DNA from: Rhizodiscina lignyota
Lineage: Eukaryota
Direction of reading: 5' to 3'
Assembly: GCA_010015805.1 (NCBI GenBank)
Contig: ML978121.1
Span: 1,922,001-1,986,000 of the forward strand
Length of the DNA stretch: 64,000 bases
The position numbers were made by a program, and so were the translations under genes. Under the pieces are notes generated by a model. That model made no database searches. It was not told the DNA's origin and saw only the letters and a list, made by a program, of their open reading frames with translations. Shown here piece by piece: positions 11,437 to 23,798 of this stretch (position 1 is the stretch's first letter; every line of letters begins with the position of its first letter).

Positions 11437-14400
11437 ATGGCAGGAGTTGAGTTCATCCCCAGCCAAATCTTCCTTACAGCCTCGTCGAGCCTGGATAAAT
11501 ATCCTGGTAAGCAAGTTGAACATCGAGAAGCTTCCTCTTGTGGATCTGACTACTCGAAGCCAAGCAGCATGCTCAAAATGTGGCCCGGAAACTTGGAGCA
11601 AACAATGGGTTGCTTTATCTTCCCGGCCAGGGGAAGGTGTTCCGCGAAGACAGTGATATGGAGGTGCCGTTCAGGCAGAGGCGATACTTTTACTACCTGA
11701 GCGGGTTGGTGATGCTCCATTTCTCTGATAAGAAATTTTTCTAATAAGATTTAACAGTGTCGATGAGCCCGACTGCCATCTCACTTACGACATTAGGCGT
11801 GATGTGTTGACGTTGTTCATTCCGCCGATCAATCCGGAACGCGTCATTTGGAGTGGCCGTGGATCCACGGTCGATGAAGCTTACGATAAGTACGATGTCG
11901 ACAGAGTGCAATTGTCAGACGCCGTTTCAGAGACAGTCGCAAAATGGACAAAGAAAAACATTGGAACCGTCTACATCCTCCATCCCACTCAAGAGGCCTT
12001 TCCCGGACAGAACAAACTGCCACGAGTGGACTTTACTAGACTGCAAATGGCCATAGACCACTGCCGAGTCATCAAGGACCCGCATGAGATAAAGCTCATC
12101 CGTAAGGCGAATGAGATCTCAGCGGATGCTCACCGCACGATATTAACAAACGTGCGTGGGCTCACAAACGAGGCTCAAGTTGAGGGCATCTTCAAAGACA
12201 TGTGCATAAGCAAAGGCGCCAAACACCAAGCCTACGCGCCGATTTGTGGGTCCGGTGAAAACGCAGCGACTCTTCACTATGTCAAAAATGACGAGCCTTT
12301 GGAGGGACGCCAGTTGATGGTGCTTGACGCAGGTGCTGAATGGGAACTCTATGCTTCGGACGTCACACGCACGTTTCCACTACACGGCGAGTGGTCCGAA
12401 GAGGCTCAAGCAACTTACAGCCTTGTGCAATCCATGCAGGAAGCTTGCATTAAGAAAATAAAGCCAGGCGTACGTTTCTTGGATATCCACGCCTTAGCTC
12501 ACCAGATCGCCGTAACCGGTCTCCTTGAGCTCGGAATACTGCACGGTGGCAATGCCAAGGAGATTCTTGAAGCCGGCACTTCGCTCGCTTTCTTTCCGCA
12601 TGGACTTGGGCATCACCTAGGCCTCGAAACGCACGATGTCTCCGATACGCCCATCAATAGTGTGTGGACATACCAAGACCCAACCTGTGAGAAGGTCAGA
12701 TCTGGCCTCGTTACTGAGCTTTGCAAGGCTCCTGTTGATGCAAGGAGCGGCGGCCTCGAAGAAGGAATGGTTGTCACTGTTGAGCCTGGAATGTAGGCTT
12801 TATCTTTCCGCTCCGCCTGTTATAGACACCAGAAACTGACTTGTCATAGCTATTTCTCGCGCTTTGCAATACAGCAATTTTTGCAGTCACCAGAGCATTC
12901 GAAGTATATCAACAAGGAAGAAGTCGAAAAGTATTATTCCGTTGGAGGCGTCCGTATTGAGGATAACATTCTGGTATGTAATTGATCCAAATTGTTTTTC
13001 AAGCTGTATCTCACTCAGATACAGGTGACTGCCGGTGGATATGAGAATTTGACGACCGCTCCAAAAGGCGAGGAGATGATGAGGATGATCCGTGCCAGCT
13101 CCTCGACGCCTGAACAGAAGAAAGCTGATGGCGGACTCATCTGGGCACAAATGCAACGCGCCAGCGATTGTAAACTGGATGAGAGGAAAGAAATTTCTCG
13201 CCACGAGGCGCCGCTCGCTGAAGTAGGCCCGTCATCCTCGGATCTTTCCAAGTCACAGGATCCACATAAAGCATGCTCGTTCTGCAGGACGAGAAAACTC
13301 AAATGCTTCCGATACTCCACAAGGAGCGACAAATGCTCCAATTGCACGAGGTACGTGCTGGAATGTAGTCTGGCGACGTCTCAACCCGTTACGGAAACTC
13401 GTACAATTTCGGATCGGCCACGCAAATCCTGCCAGTCTTGCCGCAAGAGAATGGTCAAATGTAGAGGCTTCTTAGACGACAGAGGAAAGTGTGACCACTG
13501 CGCTCGACTCGATCAAAAGTGTAGCCTGGCCGAACAACGAAACATTGCCGCGGAAATTGCAATGGTGGAACTGACGAAGACGTTGTCAGTGTTAGATGCT
13601 TTTGCGTCTATGAAGCCTCTTTCCCAAGCAGATCACGGCATTGCAAAGGATATCAAAAGCGCCCCGCCTGTACCCCCCAAGAGCTCTAGAGAGGAGAGTC
13701 TGATTACGCCCGTCGCAGAGCTGAGCATTGGGAGCTCGAGAGCTCGGACTATTTCAGTCCCAGAGGCGACCAAAACATCGCCCAAATTGTACAAACATGG
13801 TCTTCCATTGACCTTACCCCAGGGAGGCCCTCCGGAATGGGGCCTTGTTGAAACAAAGTCCGCCAACTCCAAAAGCCTGGCACAGCTGCGACAGCAATAT
13901 TACATTCTGGCCTCGAAAGAGACAGCATTTAATCATACCCGTGATGATAGTGTGGATCGAGATGTGATCGCTCCTCAAGTACCGAAGAAAATTCCTGAGC
14001 TACCACAAAAGCCTCTTGCGTATCGTCACAGCCTGCCAGCATTGTCGGAGGCAGCAGCTTCGCACCGAATTTCGTACACTGGTTCTGTTGTGGATCCAAT
14101 TACCGAAGCGGATACCTGGTTCAAAGCGGACCACAGTACAAGCCGTGACTCTCCATGGGACTTTAGGGAGCTTTTGCACTTCGACAACATTCCGAAGCCA
14201 ACCCACTCAAACGGCCTTCGCCGTGCTCAGACAACGCGGACGCCTACTAGGTCGAAGCCTTTGGAATCTTTTGGATCACGAAGTCCAAAGGAGTCTGAGT
14301 CCTTTGAAATTACGATCCGCATCGCTGCAGTTGCCGCGACCTATGTGAATTCCATTCCTCAGAATAGAGGAAAGGACATCAATGGGGATGAGATTCGCCG

Positions 14401-14782
14401 TATCCTCGAAGCCAATCCAACGCTGAGCGACCTCTGCCGCATGCTGCGGGTGATGGGAGTAGTGGTACATGAAGACACCTTTGCCGAAACTCTTGTCAAG
14501 TCAATCCCTGACCTCAACCTACTCGGACTTGCCAAACCAGCCTCGGAGGTGAATCGTCTAAAGAGGACAATGAACCCAACAAGGTACAGGCCACGACGAC
14601 CTCATACCTATGTTCAACCGCGCATTACTGAAACCCCTTCACTGTCATCGCTAAACCTAGGCGATGGGGACGGTTTGCGCGATGCCGGATCACAGTTGAG
14701 TTACCCTGGTCTGACTGGCACGCACGAATGGGTTGAAAAGAGATTGTCGAGGCTAATGAGTGATGAATTTCTTTACAAATGA
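11437..14782 (+). CDS. Xaa-Pro aminopeptidase/prolidase (M24B) fused to two Zn(II)2Cys6 clusters and a long C-terminal tail
   Basis: [57 protein letters not shown] and [12 protein letters not shown]. After intron 12974-13024 the frame stays open to 14782 and contains two C-x2-C-x6-C-x9-C-x2-C-x6-C motifs. Confidence 0.85.
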
Positions 14783-16633
14783 TGCTAGGTATAAGCTGGG
14801 TCGTCGGAGAAATCCTGTGTCAATCTCCTTAGAGCATTCGGTAGGATTTATTCGCGGTAACATCACGGCTCTGACATGCAACGTCTAAACTTTGCTGCCG
14901 GCCCCGCACGGTCGACGACATCTTGTCCTCTGGCGGTGACCTGCATAGCTATGGTGTTTACTACTGCATACTTTCGAAATAAAACCCCGGTATTAGGTAC
15001 CTCGACTGTCTCGACTTTTTATCTCTTCACTTTTGTGCATGTGTTTTATATGGTCATTCCATCCAGCCCCAGTGACTGACTAGCTTTCTATGATGAATGA
15101 TCAAGACAGATACGGATGTCTGCCCGATCCTCTGATCACTTCGGCCCGTAGAAGACGTTCAGGAACACAAGCTGTCCTTGGCCATTGATGACAATTCCTC
15201 GAGGAGGCTTTTGGCTCTCCGAAATTGAAAATGGCACATGTCCACCTTCCGCATCCGGACAGAAGACCCTGTGTAACCTCGCGTGAGGTCTCACTGCGCA
15301 GTAAGTGTCTGCTACACTCCAACCGCCAGCCGCCTGCTCATTGCATCGTGTTCATGTTTCTTACTGCGCGCAGTATGCTCTATGTTTTATTCTCTCTATT
15401 TTTGGAGAAGTCCTCGAGATGTCGGGCCCACTTTCTGTCCAGTTTGTACTCGTGCGTCGCCGACGCAAAACTCAAAGTCGGGGGGCCCGCTCCATACCGT
15501 CTGGCTTCCTATCTTACATTCTCGAAAAATCTTCTCTCTGCTGCTGTGGATAGAATCAATAAGCAGTAGGAGAAGAGGGGGAAAACCTTTTCAGCGCTTT
15601 TAAATCGAATTGATTGGACGCTTTTACGTTATCTTCGATCAATCTACTCCGGAAAGAGTATACCTGCCCCACAGCCCCGCTACGCTACACCCCATTAAGC
15701 TAGTTGGAGCAATTTTCGCTTTTCGATCGTATTTTTGCTCTATGTTTAGGTAAGTGCTTAGCATTCCAGTGGTATCCTATGGCTTGTGTATTGAAACTAT
15801 TGATTCTTCCCGCAGCCGCAGGGGGTATGGATCTCCGGGCTATTCCGTTTGCGGAAGCTATTTACAGGCCCCGTATGCCCTCCGAATTCATGACGTACGA
15901 GGATGGCTAGAGCGTACTGAGCGCAGAGTAAGGTTCTAACTGGACGAGCAAATCGGGATAATATTTTTTATGCTATCCTCGCGTAGGCATTCCTTTCCGC
16001 ATGCAGGCCCCAGCAATGTTACTGCGATGTTTTTCTAAGTGACTGGGATGTCGCTGTCTTCACAAGGAGCATCCCATCTATTCATGCGCGGTGCCTGCTT
16101 TAGCTATGCGCTAGCCATGCTCTTCTGCAGGACCGCTGAAAGCGTGGTTCGCTAAACTCAGTCGCTAGCGCAGCTTAGCGCACCATCAACCAACATCATT
16201 CCTATCGTGACTATCGACGCCGGTTGCATCGTCGCATATTCACGCGATTAGAATCAACTCGTCGCTTCAAGGCTTGGTCTATTGCCAAGCCAAGGCTTAG
16301 ATGCATTCTCTGTCGTCCGCAGAGCGTGGTGATCCCAATTTCTGCCGAGACCGAACATCAACCATAGGAGCGGCTGAGAGGCCTGTTCACGTTTGCGGGA
16401 ATACATCATGACTGTGGAGTGGAATGCGCCGGACGGTAGCATGTATATTTAGCCTTCTTTGTCCACTGTCTCTCGTCTACTTTTTCGCTTTGCAGATGAA
16501 AGCTTGAAGTTGCACAGCTGTCCGACCTCTGTCTTTCTCATCCAACCTCGTCAACCACCGAGTAGATCGATCACTTTCTACTTCCTGCCCTTCGCTCTGC
16601 ACCAATCTAAACTCTCGTTTTACTACTGTCGCA

Positions 16634-17431
16634 ATGGTGTATCGTCCTTTCGCCCTTGTGGCTTTGGCCGCCTTTGTCGCCGCGCAGAGTCCGCAATTTG
16701 GGGGACCTGCAGGAGGGCCGCCCGACCAGGCTCCGTCGTCCAGGAGCTATGGCTATCCTCCACCACCTCCACCATCCAGTATGCCTGTGTCGACTCTTCC
16801 ACCTCCTCCGCCATACTCCGAGTCGTCTGCCCCGCCGCCATACACAACTCCACCTACTTCAAGCAGCTATTGGCCACCACCGAGCTCTTACACAACTTAT
16901 AAGACGACGTACGAGACGACAACCACTATTCCTTGCACGACGAATAGCAGCTGGGTTCCACCCACAGTCAAAAAGACAACCGTAGAGACTACGGTGACTA
17001 TTCCTTGCACAACGAGTAGCACTTGGATTCCGCCGCCGCCGCCGCCTTATCCATCCAAGAATGTAACAAACACGACAATCACGACGCCATGCCCAACCAC
17101 CACAACTCCAGCGCCTCCTCCGCCTGCTTCAACCACGGCTTCGCCTGTCGTCCCACCTCACTCTTCCGAATTGACGACGACAATTGAGACCACCATCCCT
17201 AAAACGCGTACTGCAACCATCGAAACTTCGGAAGTGGTTCCCGTACCGCCAGAGAGCACAGTAACGCCTTCTACTACCATCCTACCTACTGTCACTACCT
17301 CAGCGGCAGCTGCAACCGAGACTACTCCGGAGACTCCTCTGTTTACCGGCGCGGCTGCAGCGATCCCAAGGATTGGTGGTGAGGCTGTGGCGCTACTCGC
17401 AGCTGTTGCAGGCGTAGTTGCGCTTGCTTGA
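16634..17431 (+). CDS. Secreted Pro/Thr-rich GPI-anchored cell-wall protein
   Basis: Signal peptide MVYRPFALVALAAFVAA|Q; P/S/T-rich body with TTIPCTT repeats; C-terminal FTGAAA plus hydrophobic tail. Confidence 0.85.
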   Translation: MVYRPFALVALAAFVAAQSPQFGGPAGGPPDQAPSSRSYGYPPPPPPSSMPVSTLPPPPPYSESSAPPPYTTPPTSSSYWPPPSSYTTYKTTYETTTTIPCTTNSSWVPPTVKKTTVETTVTIPCTTSSTWIPPPPPPYPSKNVTNTTITTPCPTTTTPAPPPPASTTASPVVPPHSSELTTTIETTIPKTRTATIETSEVVPVPPESTVTPSTTILPTVTTSAAAATETTPETPLFTGAAAAIPRIGGEAVALLAAVAGVVALA

Positions 17432-18607
17432 ATGCATTGATGACATATCATATGCATTCGTGGAGCTGGTACTGTCACAATCCTTACATCTCTAATTGAC
17501 AAACATATTATGTGCTTCTGTGGTTTATCTCACCACTATCGGATAGTTAGTTTCTAATGACCGCAGGGCTGGGCATGGCATCTGTGTGCAACGACGATCC
17601 TTACGAATGGCATGTTCATGTGACAGTATCAAGCATTGGGTCTTGGAGATGCAGGGGAATACCTGGAAAGGAGTATAGTGGAAAGCGGGAACATGTCTCT
17701 TGCAGAAGATATCATTTGGAATGTCAATGAAAGATCAATGCATTACCGTTCCTACGCCTTCATTATTGACCTGTGATGCTCGAGTGGACGCTTGCGGCGA
17801 TCTTGCTGACCCGCAAGCGTAAAACTTGGAGATAAGGTGCTCGCGTCTCCAAATGCATTGAAACGCACGAGCTTCTGCTGAAGTCGTTGACAGTGAGTAC
17901 AGAGAAGCTGGACAGGGACAGGCTCGAGGTTCTTTGACGGTTGCGGTTAAAATTCTTCACGGCACTGCGGCAAAACTCCGGGCCGACTCCTTGACACGCC
18001 AAGATCATTTCCGCTCCTCAGACGCCAGGAACGCCAGGGACGCTCACATCGCGTCTCATCTTCGAGGGGTTGGAAAATCGATGAACAAGACGTCTGAAAC
18101 TTCAACTGCCGCTCAAGCTTATCGAATAAGGCACGGAACTTCATCCAATTTGTCTCGTCTGCCCAAAAGGACGGGTGGCTTGTGCGAACCTGCTGTAAGT
18201 GGAGCACGGAAGCCTTGCTCTCTAAACACTAGTGAGACTGCTTCCTAAGTAGACGCGCTGTGGGCTCCGTCACTCTCAATTTCATGCTTCGCAGATTCAT
18301 AATAATTTGTTTCCTCGGAATCTGCTTCCCGCTGAGTTGTTTGTTTCTCATGTTTTCTTTCATTCGTCGTATTGCCCATCGACCTGTTTTACAGACCAAC
18401 AAAATTACATCGGCTGCGTGTTCTCCCCACACACAGTCGCAAATTTTCTAGATGTTCTTCGCAGCGGTTTACATCTTAGTTTCTCAATGAGGACACATTG
18501 CAACCAAGCCCTATTGACCTGCAAGAAGGCATGAAGCCTTTCCAGAGAAGCTTGATGAAGGACGACATCACGACGACGCGTCAGTGAGGAAAGGTATCTT
18601 TCCCGTC

Positions 18608-19820
18608 ATGCGTCATAGAGCGATGTCGATTACTGGTGTACGAAGACACCGACTCCTGATACTTTTATTGCCGGTGCTACTTCTCGTTGCTTTCCTTCTT
18701 CAGAGCGACTCGATCAACATACTCAAAATTTGGTCACCACGCTGTGCCACCACCACAGGATCAAATGGCGACGCCGTATCAAGAAACTCTAGTCCGCATC
18801 GCATATCAAAAGTCTCGATGCTGTTCGGCAAAAACGACCTCTACGAGCGTGCGCTGGAGACGCATCGGGAGCACAATGAGATGCATGGGTACGGGATGAA
18901 AGTCCTCCGCGAACAGCTTACCGATGGTTACTGGAACAAGCTGTTGTACATTCTCTCACTGCTGGTTGAAGAGCTTGCGAAGCCACCTACAAGACGGATA
19001 GAATGGTTCATGTAAGACCTTGTCTTTTCTGCCACTACAAAGAGCGATTGTAACTGAGTCTCAGTATTACAGGTGGGTCGATGCGCATGTCGTCCTTCTG
19101 AACCCTCAAATACCACTCGATATCTTCTTACCCGTACAAGACAACAACTTTCGCGAAACGCATTTCATTGGAACACGAAACGATGGCGATTTCGTACCCA
19201 GCGTCTTTTTCATCCACGTGCACCCATGGTCAATCAAGTTGCTCGTCAAGGCGATGGCCGTGCCGATGATCGATGAACTCGCGGAGCTTGGAAGTGCCAT
19301 GGATCGGAGGGCACTTTCATATATCCTAGACGAGACTGAGTTCCGAGACTCTGTCATTTATCAGCCGTGGCATTGGTTCCACGAGTCATTTTCCTCAAAT
19401 GCGAAAGAGGGTTCAGACAGAAGGGGTACCCTTTTGGCACAGTTTCCTTCAAATCTGAAGGCAGCACGGTGGAAGCAGCTGGCCGACTGCCTAGACCGTC
19501 TACATCGAATAGAGGAGAACACGGCTATTCCATTCGAAGACACGTTCTATTTGGAAGAGACGGAAAGATTTTGGGAGCTTGCGCGAGACGTCAATTTCAT
19601 GTTACTGGTTACAAAACAGCTGCAAAAAGGCTTGACAGAATGGAACGAGGATATTGCTGCGGCTTCATCACGGCTTGAAGACGTTTTGAGCTACGACCTC
19701 GATCAGAAACAACAAGCTATGGAAGCGATTGAAGACGTGAAAAAACTCGTATCCACAATACAGGTACCGCAGAGACCTGTAAAAGAAGTGGATAAGGGGG
19801 AGTGGATTGAACCTCCATGA
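18608..19820 (+). CDS. Glycosyltransferase family 34 (Mnn10/Gma12-like) type II membrane protein, catalytic motifs degenerate
   Basis: N-terminal TM; YERALETH..HGY..WNK..EELAKP..IEWFM|WVDAH..LNPQIPLDIFLP; intron 19012-19072. Confidence 0.8.
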
Positions 19821-20169
19821 TGGTAGGGGTTGCACATGTCAGAAGGTCTTTGTGGACTCCATGAGATCGATCAAACGAAAGATTCCCTCCGAAATCGGTT
19901 CGCCGAGACGCGATTCTTCACTCGATCAATTTTCAAACCAGCTACGACGCGGAATTAATTCCACGTTCTCTTAATTGTGACCATTCACAGCGGCGGCATG
20001 CTAAGATGAATAGCGTTGTGGAGTCGCCCGCCCCCGTAATTTAGAGACCAAGGAGCTAAATGGCCGATTGTCGGATTACCATCAATGGCACCCGAGCATA
20101 TGAATTTTTGTCACCTTAATCTAAAAGTTTTCAGATATTGACGGGAAATAATCAATTATTTCCACAGAC

Positions 20170-21101
20170 ATGGGCAGACTCGATGGCAAAGTGGCACTTA
20201 TTACAGGTCGGTTATCGTATTATACAATTGATTCTGGTGGCCGTTCACACTAATACTTTCCCAGGTGGTGCGAGCGGGTTCGGAGCTGCCACGAGCGAGC
20301 GCTTCTCGCAAGAAGGCTGCAAGGTACTTATCGGCGACTTAAACGAGTCCGCAGCAAAAGCGACGGCAGACAAGATCGGAGGCTCCAATATTAAAGTAAT
20401 GAAGATGGATGTTACTCAAGAGGCAGACTGGAAGGCCGCAGTTGAATCCTGCATAAAGGAGTTCGGTCGAATTGATATATTGGTAAATAATGCAGGCTGG
20501 TCGTATAAGAACAAGGTTCGTCAACGCCGACTGCTCGGAGTGATACCCTGGTAGCTGATTTCTGTTTATCTTAGCCAACGCTCGAGGTGACGATGGAAGA
20601 ATATACACGAGTGTTTAACATCAATGTCAAAAGCATCTTCCTCTCAATCGCCGAAGTCGTACCGCACATGCAGAAGCAAGGCAATGGTGGAGCCATTATC
20701 AACATATCCAGTATTGGTAGTGTCAGGCCACGGCCAGGCTTGGTGTGGTATAACTCGACCAAAAGCGCCGTTTCAAATGTGAGAGTGAACTTTGTTTTGC
20801 GCTTTGGGTAAAACCAATCACTGACCGCTCGCAGGCAACGAAAGGTCTGGCTGCCGAGTATGGCCCTGATCAAATCCGAGTTAATGCAGTGTGCCCACTC
20901 CTATCCGGGACAAGACTATTCGAGCAATTCGCCGGGGTACCGTACACTAAGGAGAATATGAAGAAGTTCCTCAGCAATGTACCCTTAGGACGACTAACGG
21001 ATCCCATGGACATTGCGAATACGGTTCTATTTTTGGCCAGCGACGAGGGTAAATTTATCACTGGCGCAAACTTGGAAGTGGATGGCGGACGGGGAATCTA
21101 A
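20170..21101 (+). CDS. Classical short-chain dehydrogenase/reductase, 4 exons
   Basis: MGRLDGKVALIT|GGASGFG, LVNNAG, YNSTK catalytic YxxxK, and FITGANLEVDGG. Confidence 0.92.
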
Positions 21102-22006
21102 CAAAGCAATGCCCGCTATATTAGCAATGTTGATCTCCGGACATGTTGTCATAGACATGAAGGGGTACAAGGTGGATTGTTCAACCCTTGCGGAGAGTAC
21201 TGTACTCTTCACACTGGCTAAATACTCTTCCCGGCGTGAGCCACTATCCTACGTCGGTTGTCAAGTTCACAATTAAGCCACTCGCATCATCGAATTCGTG
21301 CAGGGCTGGGGGCGATAGTCTGCTCAAGCATGTTAAGAGACAACACTTCCGAGCACGGTACGGGAGCAATTGCTGATGTGCATATTCTGATATTTCCTCA
21401 TTTCTTCAACTCGCAGAATCGCTTTGAGTGGATTAGACGAGTAATTGCACCCACGCTCGACGCGCAAATGCCGTCTGTCATGCCTTCAGCGGTCTAGTAA
21501 GCAGTGACATCGAGTGAGGTCGTGGTGTCGACATTGTCACACTCTTTATTACATTTACTGTACCACGCAACGCTAACCACTAAGGTACCTAGCTTAGACT
21601 AGATAGTACTAGTCCTCCGCATTCCTAGACCAAACGCTTCCTAGCCTTTATAGGCTAGGTTAGGGTCAACCCATAATGCACTGGCCCACAGGAGGATTCT
21701 TTAGAACTACAACGTTGAAGGGGGCGTGTCGTTATGCTTGAAATATGCTGTACACGCCGTCTCCCCCTCCGGACATGGTGCGAAAGCTTAGAGCGGCCAG
21801 TGTCACTGACCGCATTTCGCCAGAACAGGCACGCCACTTTTACTCTTTGTCTCCTCAATATTCGCGGCGACCGTGTCATGGTGACGGACGTGGAATGAGG
21901 ACAGCTACTCAATGCACGGCAAGCAAACGTCATGACATTAGAAGAGATGCATAAAAGACCCATGACCAGTTGTGCTTGAGGCTCGCCAAACGCACCTTTG
22001 GCAATC

Positions 22007-23221
22007 ATGACTCGAAAAGTGTGCATCACCGCTGTCGAGGGCAACACTGGCTTTCTCATTGCCGAGCTGCTCCTGAGCAATAGCGACTTTAAAGGCAAAG
22101 TCGACGCAGTCTATGGCCTGTCTCTTCATCCATCCTCCGCCAAAGCGAAAGAAATAGCCAAGCTCGGCGCCAAAGTCGTTCCACACAAACATGGTCGCGA
22201 AAGGGACGTGGTTGACACGTTGAAGCAAAGCGGGTGCGACACTCTGTGCCTTATTCCGCCTACACACCAGGAGAAGTTCGACATCACCGTCGAGCTGATT
22301 AATGCTGCGCGCAAGGCCAACGTTCAGAACGTCCTCTTCATCAGTTCGGCCGGCAGCGATCTCGCCGAGCGTGACATGCAGCCACGTCTGAGGGAGTTTG
22401 TGGACCTTGAGACACTGGTGTTGAGTGCCAAAGGTGACCCCAAAACCCAGCTGGGCCACTCCCCGGCTGTTATCCGGTAAGACGCAAAACGTAACCGTCG
22501 TTCACAACAGCTGACCTTTTCTGCGTGTCAAGAGCTGGCTTCTATGCTGAGAATCTTCTCCTGTACGCCCCGCAGGCACAGCACGATGGTATGCTGCCGA
22601 TCCCAATCGGCAAAGACCATAAGTTTGCTCCAGTCGCACTCGGTGTAAGCATCTTTTTGACTGTTTCGAGTCTCGAGCTCACCGTTGATGATATCAGGAC
22701 GTTGCTTTACTTGCCGCTCATGTGCTTAGCGGCAAAGGCAAGCATGGCTTTGACGACAGGCATCGTGGCCAGCTGATGGTCTGCACCGGTTAGCCTCGCC
22801 CCCACGAGCTATCGCTTCTACAATCGCTAATAACAGGATGCACAGGCCCCATGCTCACCACAGGGGACGAGCTCGCTACGGCCGCCAGCCAAGCCCTCGG
22901 TGTCCAGATGCAGTTTGAAGACATTTCAGAGTGAGTTCTGTAGGGCACCCAGTCACGCAGCTCGTTGCTAACAGCTCTCCCAGGGCCGAGGCTAAGAAGG
23001 TCCTCCACCACCAGTCGCAATCGGATGCGTCAGAGAAGCAATACTTGCTTGAATACTACTCTCTGGTTCGGGAGGGTAAGACCAACTACATCTCCACCAC
23101 TGCCTTTGTCAACGTCACAGGACAGAGTCCGCAGCATCCAGAAGACTTTTTCAAAGTTTATGCCGCAGAGTTCAAGCCCGATCATCCCAATAAGAGACAG
23201 AAAATCGCAAATGGCTCATGA
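22007..23221 (+). CDS. NmrA-like NAD(P)-binding protein, multi-exon
   Basis: VCITAVEGNTG Rossmann start; IR|AGFYAENLL and APVALG|DVA; four GT-AG introns. Confidence 0.8.
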
Positions 23222-23798
23222 GGATGGAGACACACGATCTGAGGCGTTGCTTCTGAGACCATCCTATGTACACAATGATCTATTTAACGCCATTCCTCCG
23301 TCGTATTTTGCGCTGTGTGACCATGTGACCGTAAAAGCTCGGAATGTTGCAATTTTGAAGTCTGCCATAGCTGCTTGAACAGGCCAAACAGCTTGTTGAC
23401 CAAGGAAAGCCGCAGAAGGTATGTATTTCAGCTAGTGATGATGCAGCTTTTACGTCGGCTCCATCCAATATGGCGAAAAGCTACAGCCATTATTATCACG
23501 GCAGTGAGTTGTTCTGATTGTAAGAGCGTTAAGAAGTGTAAGAGACAATATATCACTTTTATATAGAACATAGGCGTAGAAGAATATACCAACCCGTAAA
23601 TAGAAGACTCTCTAAAGCTAAAAACGGTATTTCTTGATCAACTGTACGGGACCCAAGATATCTAGATCCACGCACGAATCATAAGGTCCGCAACACACGA
23701 GTCATGCGCTCAAAATTTCCAGAGCGCCAAGATTTCGAGTGTCAAGGCGCATTCGTTCCCCACAATCAACGACGAAAGTTCGTCACGTACGCTCTAAC

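Noticed and set aside
15089..15140. Box C/D snoRNA (ATGATGA..CTGA)
   Set aside because: Boxes are only ~45 nt apart and no rRNA-complementary guide was recognised.
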